Part shown: one piece after another, positions 1-6,938 of the stretch | Numbering within the stretch: position 1 is the stretch's first letter | How the letters are laid out: each line of letters opens with the position of its first letter | IMG/VR virus record: IMGVR_UViG_3300030433_001223 | Coordinates: 1-36,020 of that record | Reading direction: 5' to 3' (one strand) | Length of the DNA: 36,020 nucleotides | Source of the DNA: a virus | Taxonomy: Duplodnaviria > Caudoviricetes | The notes under the pieces: generated by a model | Database searches by the model: none | Seen by the model: the letters and a program-made list of their open reading frames with translations, nothing else | What the model was told of the DNA's origin: nothing | Program-made: the position numbers and the translations under genes

Positions 1-138
1 CTCTACCTCCTCTAACCGATTTACATGCTTGATAACTGCCTGCTCCTTAACTGCCTCTCGCACCTCTTCCTTAACATCACTCATCAACTCCTGCCAACCC
101 ATCGCATCACTCCAATTACGAATAGTATCCTTACTCAA
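1..138. repeat. Terminal direct repeat, copy 1 (circular assembly overlap)
   Basis: 1-138 matches 35883-36020 with one mismatch (C61 vs T35943, synonymous GTG/GTA on the minus strand). Confidence 0.97.
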
Positions 139-252
139 TGGAGGCACAAACTTGTGACGCTCCTGCATTATCGTTGCAACATCTGTAAAACTGTTGCCCT
201 CTAAATACAACTTCAATCCCTCTTCCTTATGCTTTAACTTATACTTCGCCAT
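1..252 (-). CDS. 5' part of putative terminase small subunit / HTH protein (continues across the join into 35631-35882)
   Basis: ATG at 252 gives MAKYKLKHKEEGLKLYLEGNSFTDVATIMQERHKFVPPLSKDTIRNWSDAMGW, an N-terminal HTH ending in a W-x5-W pattern typical of TerS. In frame with the 35631 ORF and upstream of TerL. Confidence 0.65.
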   Translation of the reverse strand, partial: MAKYKLKHKEEGLKLYLEGNSFTDVATIMQERHKFVPPLSKDTIRNWSDAMGWQELMSDVKEEVREAVKEQAVIKHVNRLEEVE

Positions 253-409
253 CTTCTATCAAATCCCTCAACTGTAACGCCTGTAAACATCGTTTACAAT
301 TAATATATCTACGGTCTAATTGCTTCATCTTCTGAAACTCCTGATACGTGGCCTCGTGACCACACAACGTCATCTTGAACACCGCACTAGGTGCATGCTT
401 CTTTCTCAT
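239..409 (-). CDS. 56-aa zinc-finger microprotein (H..TLCG..CKRC)
   Basis: Manual translation MRKKHAPSAVFKMTLCGHEATYQEFQKMKQLDRRYINCKRCLQALQLRDLIEDGEV; overlaps both neighbours in operon fashion. Confidence 0.7.
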   Translation of the reverse strand: MRKKHAPSAVFKMTLCGHEATYQEFQKMKQLDRRYINCKRCLQALQLRDLIEDGEV

Positions 410-507
410 AACTGCTTCTTCAACTGCTCCCTATATGTATTTACTCCTAACCAAAACCCAACTATAAACGCAACTACCATCAAAAACAAAGTAGCCAAAC
501 TACTCAT
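406..507 (-). CDS. 33-aa single-pass membrane microprotein
   Basis: MSSLATLFLMVVAFIVGFWLGVNTYREQLKKQL; ATGA overlap with the next gene. Confidence 0.65.
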   Translation of the reverse strand: MSSLATLFLMVVAFIVGFWLGVNTYREQLKKQL

Positions 508-589
508 TGCGACACTCCTTGCAAAATGAACCATACATATCTACATCCACTGGCGTTATTACCATACCACATGCCTTACACCTCCACAT
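500..589 (-). CDS. 29-aa CxxC-CxxC zinc-finger microprotein
   Basis: MWRCKACGMVITPVDVDMYGSFCKECRNE; fills the gap between coupled genes. Confidence 0.65.
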   Translation of the reverse strand: MWRCKACGMVITPVDVDMYGSFCKECRNE

Positions 590-779
590 CCTCTTTCTCC
601 TTCAGCATGTCCTCTATCATCTTCTTCATCAATACCGCCATCATACCCAAACCTGTCGTGTATGCCTTCAACTCCTTACCATCATACTCCATAGGATTGT
701 CATCCACAAACTTCTGCACATGACCAAGAAGATTATCCAACTGCACTATCCACAAATCCAAAGCCTCAGTCATTAACAC
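576..779 (-). CDS. Hypothetical protein
   Basis: ORF track, 67 aa, helical-looking, overlaps flanking minus-strand genes. Confidence 0.7.
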   Translation of the reverse strand: MLMTEALDLWIVQLDNLLGHVQKFVDDNPMEYDGKELKAYTTGLGMMAVLMKKMIEDMLKEKEDVEV

Positions 780-1002
780 TCTCCATAACCCACTTCTCTA
801 AGTCATCTAACGCCGCATGATAACCCGTCAAATAGTCCTTCAAGCTCGTATCACCTATCGGACCCCAATCGTTGTCATGTATGTCGTCTTTCAAACCCGC
901 CATCTTAGCCTTCGCAAAATTTCTAACATCTACCAAACGTAGCTTCGCCTTCAAATGCTTCTCAGTCCAAACATGGCCCTTCTTCCAAACTTTATCACTC
1001 AT
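766..1002 (-). CDS. Hypothetical protein, first gene of a minus-strand operon
   Basis: 78 aa; TATA-like TTAAATAG (1022-1029, minus strand) just upstream suggests a leaderless start. Confidence 0.75.
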   Translation of the reverse strand: MSDKVWKKGHVWTEKHLKAKLRLVDVRNFAKAKMAGLKDDIHDNDWGPIGDTSLKDYLTGYHAALDDLEKWVMESVND

Positions 1003-1006
1003 ATTA

Positions 1007-1018
1007 GGTCATATGCCC
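1007..1018. promoter_or_regulatory. Palindromic operator copy GGTCATATGCCC
   Basis: Lies between the TATA-like box and the ATG of the 766-1002 gene; matches consensus GGWCATATGWCC. Confidence 0.6.
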
Positions 1019-1083
1019 CTTGCTATTTAAGTCTACCCACTCTATCATGTCAAGTTTCAAACAAGCCAACCACATCTTATGGC

Positions 1084-1260
1084 TCATAACTTCCTTCTTC
1101 TCGTATGTATCAGCAATGCTTCCCATATCTCCTCCTGCAAACTCATCTCATCAACTTCCGCCAAACGCTGCAACTCTGCAAATACTTCCTTTCTCATAGG
1201 GTCTCTACCACAATTCAACACAAACTGCTTGGGCCATCCCTTCTTCTTAGAATATACCAT
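1084..1260 (-). CDS. Putative ribbon-helix-helix DNA-binding protein
   Basis: Start moved to ATG 1260 after a GGTGGTGGT RBS. KQFVLNC (strand), KEVFAELQRLAEVDE (helix A), MSLQEEIWEALLIHT (helix B). Confidence 0.6.
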   Translation of the reverse strand: MVYSKKKGWPKQFVLNCGRDPMRKEVFAELQRLAEVDEMSLQEEIWEALLIHTRRRKL

Positions 1261-1279
1261 ACCACCACCACCTAGGTAG

Positions 1280-1291
1280 GGACATATAACC
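1280..1291. promoter_or_regulatory. Palindromic operator copy GGACATATAACC
   Basis: 20 nt upstream of the RHH gene start; a further half-site ATATGACC at 1322-1329. Confidence 0.55.
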
Positions 1292-1419
1292 TTGCTGTTC
1301 ATAACTCCAAAAAAAAAAATAATATGACCCTCTTGATAGAAACCTTAGAAAATTTGTAGACAACCTCCCCTCAAGCACAAGGGGCGTACCCTTGACATGC
1401 TAGGCCAGCCTTAAGATGC

Positions 1420-1574
1420 GTGTGCTCATTGTTGCATTACCCGAGGATTATCGTCGAGGATTGCCGTGTTTTGTGCTATTCTAAACAAGATTTTGCACAC
1501 TGATTTAGAGATATTTTGATGTGTGCGAAAAGTTGGTGTGCTCAATGTTGCTTTTGTGCTTAAGTGTGCATAAA
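1420..1574. repeat. Cluster 1 of GTGTGC boxes
   Basis: GTGTGC at 1420, 1521, 1536, 1564; reverse copy GCACAC at 1495; variant TTGTGC at 1554. Non-coding. Confidence 0.8.
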
Positions 1575-1656
1575 TTTGCTATAGTAGAAGGATTTATTTT
1601 TTATGATAATTTTGTAAGTGTTTTGTGAAGTGCGTTCGGGAGTGCGTTCGGAGCTA

Positions 1657-1731
1657 GGATAATATGACCTAAGCACGGATTCTTGATTTTTCTTTATATA
1701 TGGTCCCGCTCCTGAATGATTGATAAGCATG
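1657..1731 (+). promoter_or_regulatory. Archaeal-type promoter and leader of the amidoligase gene
   Basis: Operator half-site ATATGACC 1662-1669, TATA box TTTATATA 1693-1700, leader TGATAAGC-ATG 1721-1731. Confidence 0.65.
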
Positions 1732-2640
1732 ACTTACAAGATAGGAATTGAAATTGAATGCAAGCTACAGAACGGCGTCTCCTTAGACGAAGTTCTCAGG
1801 AAAGTCGCAGCAGCAGGAATCACCTGCAATGACCAGCGCCACACCTCGAGCGGAAGGCTCAACGGATGTGAATGGAAATTAGTGTACGACGGTACAAGCT
1901 CCGACGACGGAGTCCCAATTTGGGAGTTTGTAAGTGAGCCTATCGTCAGTATGAAGAAGATAGAAAGAAGAGTTATCGCCATGACTTCAGTTCTTCAACA
2001 ATACTGCCGAGTTGACCGAAATACTGGCCTTCATATTCACTTTGATATCCTCGGAAAATATCACTTTAGAAGGCGTGTAGATACCTCTACTTATGAGGGG
2101 AAATTCAAGGCTCTAAGGAATAAGCCAGCACGTTTATTCTTAGCTGAGATTACAAGAAATATGCGATACTTTCAGCCTGTTTTTGATGCTTTTGTAAGCC
2201 CCTCGAGAAGAGGTAATTCATACTGTGCAACTCTCCCTAATCGTCAGCAAATTGATTCAAAACATGATTGCTTAATGTTCGCTAATAATGAGGGAGGATA
2301 CTTTCACGCTGACCCCGTTATCAGCCTAGGAGGAGGGAAATACAGAACCTTGAATATACAGAATATGGAAACAAGAGGAACCATCGAATACAGACAACAT
2401 CAAGGAACCTTAAACCCTACTAAGATTCTAAACTGGATTAAGCTATTGGAAAGGTTCACTACGAGAGCATGGGACAGAAGATACAAGAACCAAAACTGTG
2501 AAGACTTCGCCGTTGATGTTGATGGAATATTTGACTTCTTAGGATTCGGATACGATAACAGGAATATCCGAGAGTACTACCGAAGAAGGGCAGCTAGCTT
2601 CGGATTCGCAGCAATTGCCCTCAACAGTCGGCAATACTAG
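1729..2640 (+). CDS. Putative amidoligase (COOH-NH2 ligase, Amidoligase_2 family)
   Basis: Motifs GIEIE, DGT, EFVS, TGLHIHF, KYRTLN, TIEYRQHQGT in the canonical order. Start placed at the ATG after TGATAAGC. Confidence 0.9.
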   Translation: MTYKIGIEIECKLQNGVSLDEVLRKVAAAGITCNDQRHTSSGRLNGCEWKLVYDGTSSDDGVPIWEFVSEPIVSMKKIERRVIAMTSVLQQYCRVDRNTGLHIHFDILGKYHFRRRVDTSTYEGKFKALRNKPARLFLAEITRNMRYFQPVFDAFVSPSRRGNSYCATLPNRQQIDSKHDCLMFANNEGGYFHADPVISLGGGKYRTLNIQNMETRGTIEYRQHQGTLNPTKILNWIKLLERFTTRAWDRRYKNQNCEDFAVDVDGIFDFLGFGYDNRNIREYYRRRAASFGFAAIALNSRQY

Positions 2641-2658
2641 GCAAGCACGGAGAAGGTT

Positions 2659-2778
2659 ACTTAGTTGGTGATTCTAAAATCGCCATCTAAGTGCCAATAG
2701 AGCGAAGATAAGAGCCTCTATAGGTTTTCTAGGGTTACCATACCCTAGAGAATCTCAAACAAACTACGTAGATTTGAT
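2659..2778 (+). other. Cluster of stem-loops downstream of the amidoligase (terminator or structured RNA)
   Basis: 15-pair stem 2659-2692 with one mismatch and one G-U; perfect 8-bp stem TCTAGGGT/ACCCTAGA 2728-2749; smaller stems at 2713-2726 and 2755-2778. Confidence 0.5.
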
Positions 2779-2810
2779 AATTTTGATTAGAAAAGGCTAT
2801 AGGCCGATTT

Positions 2811-2826
2811 TGTTTAACCCATAGAA
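2811..2826 (+). repeat. TGTTTAACCCRTAGAA box, copy 1
   Basis: Identical 16-mer at 4194 and 6939, one-mismatch copy at 7802; 22 bp identical between 2808-2829 and 4191-4212. Confidence 0.9.
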
Positions 2827-2858
2827 ATCGTGATTTTTACTGTTTTTTACTACTTTTT

Positions 2859-2996
2859 GCACACATTTAGTACTGTGTGCGCAATCTTGCGTGTGCATTA
2901 TTCGGTTGTGTGCGTTATCTTGTGTGTGCTCTATTTTGTGTGTGTATTATTTTGTTGTGTGCATTATTATGAATTATATTTTATGTGTGCGTTATT
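2859..2996. repeat. Cluster 2: periodic iteron-like array of GTGTGC-N3-AT boxes
   Basis: Cores at 2875, 2891, 2908, 2924, 2940 (GTGTGT variant), 2957 with spacings 16,17,16,16,17; another at 2985 and a reverse copy at 2859. Confidence 0.9.
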
Positions 2997-3107
2997 ATGA
3001 TTTGTATTATTGATTATGTAAGTGAAATTTTACCCTGTCCAAAAACCTTAATCGGGATTCAAAAATGCGCTACAGAAACGCTTTAATTCTTGATTTCGTG
3101 CTTAAAT

Positions 3108-3162
3108 GGTCATATGAGCCTATTATATACCCTCTTGTATCTGTAAGGTTGTGATAAGCATG
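3108..3162 (+). promoter_or_regulatory. Operator, TATA box and leader of the small-ORF operon
   Basis: GGTCATATGAGC 3108-3119, TATTATATA 3121-3129, GTGATAAGC-ATG 3151-3162. Confidence 0.7.
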
Positions 3163-3411
3163 GAAACAAATACCAGAACACAAACACACGCAAGCAACCA
3201 GTTATCAACTGAAGGACAGCTTACTCTTAAAGGAGCTTTAGATGATTTACTATATCAAACTGAATTGATAGAATTAAGTGAACATAGTAGAGTGGCTTTA
3301 AACTTTGATTATAATGATAGAAAAAATTATCACGGTCAAAGAATGTATATCCAAGGTATCGAATATATGGCTAAAGCTGTAAGAGATATGCTAAGGAAAG
3401 AGGTGGAATAA
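3160..3411 (+). CDS. Hypothetical protein
   Basis: ORF track; start moved to the ATG after GTGATAAGC. Confidence 0.75.
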   Translation: METNTRTQTHASNQLSTEGQLTLKGALDDLLYQTELIELSEHSRVALNFDYNDRKNYHGQRMYIQGIEYMAKAVRDMLRKEVE

Positions 3412-3588
3412 ATGAATCCATTAGATAATATATGGGATTTTATAGTGGATTACAACATTGCTACTACTGAAGAATTGCAGTTAGTAACATGTATTAATGG
3501 ATATAACAAAACAGCACTTAATGATGTTATTGAAGTTAGAACGGGGTATCATAACATGGACCAATACTTAGAATGTGAGGGTGAATAA
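3412..3588 (+). CDS. 58-aa hypothetical protein
   Basis: MNPLDNIWDFIVDYNIATTEELQLVTCINGY...; GAGGTGG RBS, TAA-ATG abutment. Confidence 0.75.
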   Translation: MNPLDNIWDFIVDYNIATTEELQLVTCINGYNKTALNDVIEVRTGYHNMDQYLECEGE

Positions 3589-3756
3589 ATGTCTTCAGTA
3601 ATAGCCAAGCTAAGCCAAGAATTAACCAATACAATGACTTTAGAGGCCGTTAAAGCCGAGATAGAAGCATGGAGAGAGTACGGGCTTAATGACAGTAGAT
3701 TACAAGGGATGTGGATGCTTTACAGAATACTAGAACAAAAGTATGGGAGTGATTAA
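3589..3756 (+). CDS. 55-aa hypothetical protein
   Basis: MSSVIAKLSQELTNTMTLEAVK...; GGGTGA RBS, TAA-ATG abutment. Confidence 0.7.
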   Translation: MSSVIAKLSQELTNTMTLEAVKAEIEAWREYGLNDSRLQGMWMLYRILEQKYGSD

Positions 3757-3915
3757 ATGAATCAACAAGAATTAGAGAAGCTAGGGCGTGATATAGCTCA
3801 TAAGTGTCAATGGGTAGGGGAAGACATCTTTGTAGTCCTACAGGCTGCTTTAGAGGATGCTAATTTCCACAAAGAAAGAGAAGTATTAACTAAAGTATGG
3901 GAGGCTATACAATGA
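3757..3915 (+). CDS. 52-aa hypothetical protein
   Basis: MNQQELEKLGRDIAHKCQW...ALEDANFH...; GGAGTGAT RBS, TAA-ATG abutment. Confidence 0.75.
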   Translation: MNQQELEKLGRDIAHKCQWVGEDIFVVLQAALEDANFHKEREVLTKVWEAIQ

Positions 3916-4058
3916 ATAGAGTTTATAGTATAGAAGTGCCTAAAGATAAAAACCCCGTAAGTTTTTATTATGAAAAAACTATATTAGAAAAACATAGTTG
4001 GAAAGTATTGCATCGAATGTTTAACACTTCATTACTCATTATTGAAGTTGAAGATTAA
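3912..4058 (+). CDS. 48-aa hypothetical protein
   Basis: MNRVYSIEVPKDKNPVSF...; GGAGG RBS and ATGA overlap. Confidence 0.65.
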   Translation: MNRVYSIEVPKDKNPVSFYYEKTILEKHSWKVLHRMFNTSLLIIEVED

Positions 4059-4193
4059 ACGGTAGACATTGCGCACACGCCGGCATACTGGCAAGCATAT
4101 TTGATTTCGATGTTCTTTGATTCATGTGTGCGCAATGTTGAGAATAGTGCTGGTCATCACTATAAACTGACCATTTTACATTTATTTAGTTTT

Positions 4194-4209
4194 TGTTTAA
4201 CCCATAGAA
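4194..4209 (+). repeat. TGTTTAACCCRTAGAA box, copy 2
   Basis: Exact match to 2811-2826, preceded by a T-run. Confidence 0.9.
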
Positions 4210-4227
4210 ATCAAAGAAAAGGGCTAA

Positions 4228-4305
4228 CAAAAGCTTTAAATAGAGTGGGACATATGTCCTATTATCAGAAGGCAACTTTTGACTAAATAAAAAGTGATAA
4301 ACATG
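4228..4305 (+). promoter_or_regulatory. Promoter, perfect palindromic operator and leader of the GATase operon
   Basis: Purine-rich BRE-like stretch, TTTAAATA 4235-4242, GGACATATGTCC 4248-4259, AAAAGTGATAAAC-ATG 4290-4305. Confidence 0.75.
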
Positions 4306-5226
4306 TGCGGAATAGGAGGATATTACCAAACAGGTAATACAGAAAACGCCCCACGGTGGGCAAAGCCAGCCCTCAGGAAAATGTGGAATAGTCTACAATC
4401 CCGAGGAACCGATGCTTCAGGCATTGCGTATGAAAGTCCTAGTGGTATTAGGCACGTAAAGACAGACAAACCTGCTTACGAACTCAGTAGTTTAGGTATG
4501 AACCTAGCTTTTGGTATGAACCGAACACCTAGATGGGTTATGTTACATACTAGAGCTTCAACTCATGGTAAACCAGAACGTAACAGAAACAATCACCCCT
4601 TAATGGGAGGTAAGCTTGCATTATGTCATAATGGTGTGGTTTACAATAAAGATAATGTCTTACGTAAGTATAATACTTCACCAAAGCGTGAGGTAGATAC
4701 TGAGGCCATTCTTGTGGCATTAAAGAACGGTGGTATAGATGCAGTTGCAGGGCATGTAGAAGGCTCTATGTCTATTTCATGGGCCAAGGGTAAGACTATG
4801 TATCTTTGGACTAATGGATTGTCTCCTTTAGTTATTGGTGAACTATTCAATGGGGACTTTATGTATTCATCAACTGATAATCATCTTATGACTACAGGGC
4901 TGAGATTCAGAAATATCTTTGATGCAAAACACGGACACCTCTACAAGTTTACGCCCACAGGTATGACTGTACACAAAACTCAGTTGAGAAAAATGCAGCA
5001 ACCTATGTATTCATGGAGAGACTTAAGCAAGAAAACACACACAAAGCAAAAGGGAACCAGACAACCCAGTCTGGTCCCAAAGCGGACTCATGCTGAACGT
5101 GTGCGCAATTTTGATGAATATGATGAAGACAGTGTGCGCTATCTTGATGATATAGATGTAACATGGGAAGCAGTCTACGGAGACTGGCGTTCATGGTCTA
5201 AAAAATCTAAGGGGTTCAGACAATGA
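4303..5226 (+). CDS. Class II (Ntn) glutamine amidotransferase
   Basis: N-terminal MCGI (Cys nucleophile after Met removal fixes the start at 4303), RGTDASG, HTRAST, NNHP, HNG, VDTE motifs. Confidence 0.92.
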   Translation: MCGIGGYYQTGNTENAPRWAKPALRKMWNSLQSRGTDASGIAYESPSGIRHVKTDKPAYELSSLGMNLAFGMNRTPRWVMLHTRASTHGKPERNRNNHPLMGGKLALCHNGVVYNKDNVLRKYNTSPKREVDTEAILVALKNGGIDAVAGHVEGSMSISWAKGKTMYLWTNGLSPLVIGELFNGDFMYSSTDNHLMTTGLRFRNIFDAKHGHLYKFTPTGMTVHKTQLRKMQQPMYSWRDLSKKTHTKQKGTRQPSLVPKRTHAERVRNFDEYDEDSVRYLDDIDVTWEAVYGDWRSWSKKSKGFRQ

Positions 5227-6002
5227 AAGACAGACTACAAACTATAGATATAGCTCACCAAGGAACCACGGCAGAGTGTTTAGTAATGGCTAAATTAGCA
5301 AGTTTGCGTAATGAGGTAATTAGAACACCAGAGCATCACGTATATGATTTACAAAATTTAAAAAATGATTGTAAAATAGAAGTTAAAAGTACAAACATCG
5401 ATTCAAGAGAGGGTCCAAATGTAGCATTTAGATTATCAGAAAGACAATTTAATAGTAATGATATAGATTATATAGTTGCATTGGTATTCCATGAAACAGA
5501 CAATATATTTAATTTCGATGCTTATATCGTACCCCATAAGGTAGTAAAGTATATATCAAGTGTAAGTCGATTTGGAGGGACTAGAAGAGCAGGTTATGGA
5601 GATTATAATGAGAGGTCGTTCACATTTTCAATAGATGGGACTCATACAAGACAACCATATGTAGCAAACTTAGGTAAAAACAAATGGAACTTATTAACAT
5701 CTAAAAAAACCACCATGACAAGGAATAAAAATAAACTTATCAAACAAATGATAACTAAATTCAAACGCTGGTATCTTATAGATAATCCAAATGTAAAACA
5801 TATAACTAAAAAGACTAAAACTGGACATAAAAATTGGTATAAATGTATTCATTGTCAAAATAAACCTGTCACTAGGGCAGACATGAGAACACATTTAGAA
5901 AGAGTTCACGGATTAGATATAATGAAAGATAACAAGTCTCAAGAAGTGAAACATTACAAAAGAGTTAGGAAAAACGGGAGATTTGTAAAAGGGAGAGAGT
6001 AA
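5223..6002 (+). CDS. PD-(D/E)XK-type nuclease with C-terminal C2H2 zinc finger
   Basis: G..AE helix, YDL...IEVKS catalytic signature; CIHC-x13-H-x4-H near the C terminus. Confidence 0.7.
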   Translation: MKDRLQTIDIAHQGTTAECLVMAKLASLRNEVIRTPEHHVYDLQNLKNDCKIEVKSTNIDSREGPNVAFRLSERQFNSNDIDYIVALVFHETDNIFNFDAYIVPHKVVKYISSVSRFGGTRRAGYGDYNERSFTFSIDGTHTRQPYVANLGKNKWNLLTSKKTTMTRNKNKLIKQMITKFKRWYLIDNPNVKHITKKTKTGHKNWYKCIHCQNKPVTRADMRTHLERVHGLDIMKDNKSQEVKHYKRVRKNGRFVKGRE

Positions 6003-6181
6003 TGATACAAAAATGGAAAGACTATTACACAGATAGTTGTGATAATTGTGGCGACAACCTAACTAAGTTAGGTGTAGTATATGTAATAAATAAATCAATG
6101 GGTTTGTGTGCGTTATGTTACGACAACGCTGAGATTTATGTAATACATGAAGATATGTTAGCAAAAAAGGAGAAAGAATGA
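6002..6181 (+). CDS. 59-aa CxxC-CxxC zinc-finger protein
   Basis: MIQKWKDYYTDSCDNCGDNL...GLCALCYDN...; TAATG and ATGA overlaps. Confidence 0.7.
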   Translation: MIQKWKDYYTDSCDNCGDNLTKLGVVYVINKSMGLCALCYDNAEIYVIHEDMLAKKEKE

Positions 6182-6375
6182 AACAAGAAAGAGATAAGAG
6201 AGGAGAGAAAATAGCAGAAGACATCATAGAGCTTACTGATTCGCTAGATAACGCACACGATTTAGATATTGCGTGGATTCGAATCACTGAAGCTTTACGA
6301 TACCTTAGCGCAAAAGATACAATGTATAAGACAAAAAGGGATATAGAAAATGCCAAGAAAGAAGAAAGAAACTAG
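6178..6375 (+). CDS. Hypothetical helical protein
   Basis: ORF track, coupled to the upstream gene, AGGAG RBS. Confidence 0.7.
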   Translation: MKQERDKRGEKIAEDIIELTDSLDNAHDLDIAWIRITEALRYLSAKDTMYKTKRDIENAKKEERN

Positions 6376-6574
6376 CTTAGTAGAACGTAAGTACCTATAC
6401 GAACTATGGGAATTAGATATAGAGGGTCTTAAAGAGCATTTATTCGCACTAAATGACGCCCTTTTGTATCATAGAGAAAAGGTAGCTGATGGTGAACGTT
6501 ACAAATATCGTATTGAACACATCATGAAACTAAAACAATGGCTGGATAGAGAAGACAAGATAATAAACGAATAG
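6350..6574 (+). CDS. Hypothetical protein
   Basis: ORF track, overlaps the previous gene, last of the operon. Confidence 0.7.
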   Translation: MPRKKKETSLVERKYLYELWELDIEGLKEHLFALNDALLYHREKVADGERYKYRIEHIMKLKQWLDREDKIINE

Positions 6575-6605
6575 CGCACACATTTATATTCAGTTCCTTA
6601 TAGTA

Positions 6606-6677
6606 GGGGATAGGATAAGAGAAGTTTTGTAAGTCATGTTTATCACTTTTGTTTTATAATTTTTCTCTTATCCCCCC
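6606..6677 (+). ncRNA. Candidate antisense hairpin sRNA targeting early-operon leaders
   Basis: Stem GGATAAGAGAAG 6613-6624 / TTTCTCTTATCC 6662-6673 plus GGGG/CCCC; inner 6625-6650 is complementary to start regions at 1721, 3151, 4290 and 6987; TATA-like TTTATATT at 6583-6590. Confidence 0.6.
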
Positions 6678-6690
6678 AAATAATGCACAC

Positions 6691-6933
6691 ATGAAAAAAA
6701 TCGAATGGTTAAATGGCACTACATATAATATTGAATCGCCTAAAAGATTCATAGAACTAAGACAGATGAGACACCCTTTTTGTGAAGAAGTAGATAATCA
6801 ACAATATATGAGAGGTGTGCGCAATATTCACGTTGAGTTTTACGGTGTAGATAAAGATGCTATAGATATTACTTCAGAAGATGCGTTTATTCGGTCTTTT
6901 GTTGCTTTAGGATTAGTAAAAATTTTAGAATAG
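6691..6933 (+). CDS. Hypothetical protein (probably leaderless)
   Basis: MKKIEWLNGTTYNIESP...; start moved to ATG 6691, directly after AATAATGCACAC, with TTTTATAAT at 6652-6660. Confidence 0.75.
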   Translation: MKKIEWLNGTTYNIESPKRFIELRQMRHPFCEEVDNQQYMRGVRNIHVEFYGVDKDAIDITSEDAFIRSFVALGLVKILE

Positions 6934-6938
6934 TTTTT

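Noticed and set aside
1-138. Terminal repeat as a biological DTR
   Set aside because: It falls mid-gene and is most simply an assembly overlap; the single synonymous mismatch fits population variation.
1309-1319. A11 tract as a phase-variation switch
   Set aside because: Intergenic; no evidence of length variation can be had from one sequence.
2859-2996. Repeat array as a mini-CRISPR
   Set aside because: Unit is only 16-17 bp with no unique spacers of 25-45 bp, and there are no cas genes.
4101-4286. 61-aa ORF before the GATase
   Set aside because: TTG start and it runs over the repeat box, TATA and operator; the region is better read as regulatory.
6590-6637. Minus-strand micro-ORF MTYKTSLILSPTIRN with a GTGATAAAC leader
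   Set aside because: Only 15 aa, isolated against the plus-strand island and explained by the antisense complementarity; kept only as the alternative to the sRNA model.
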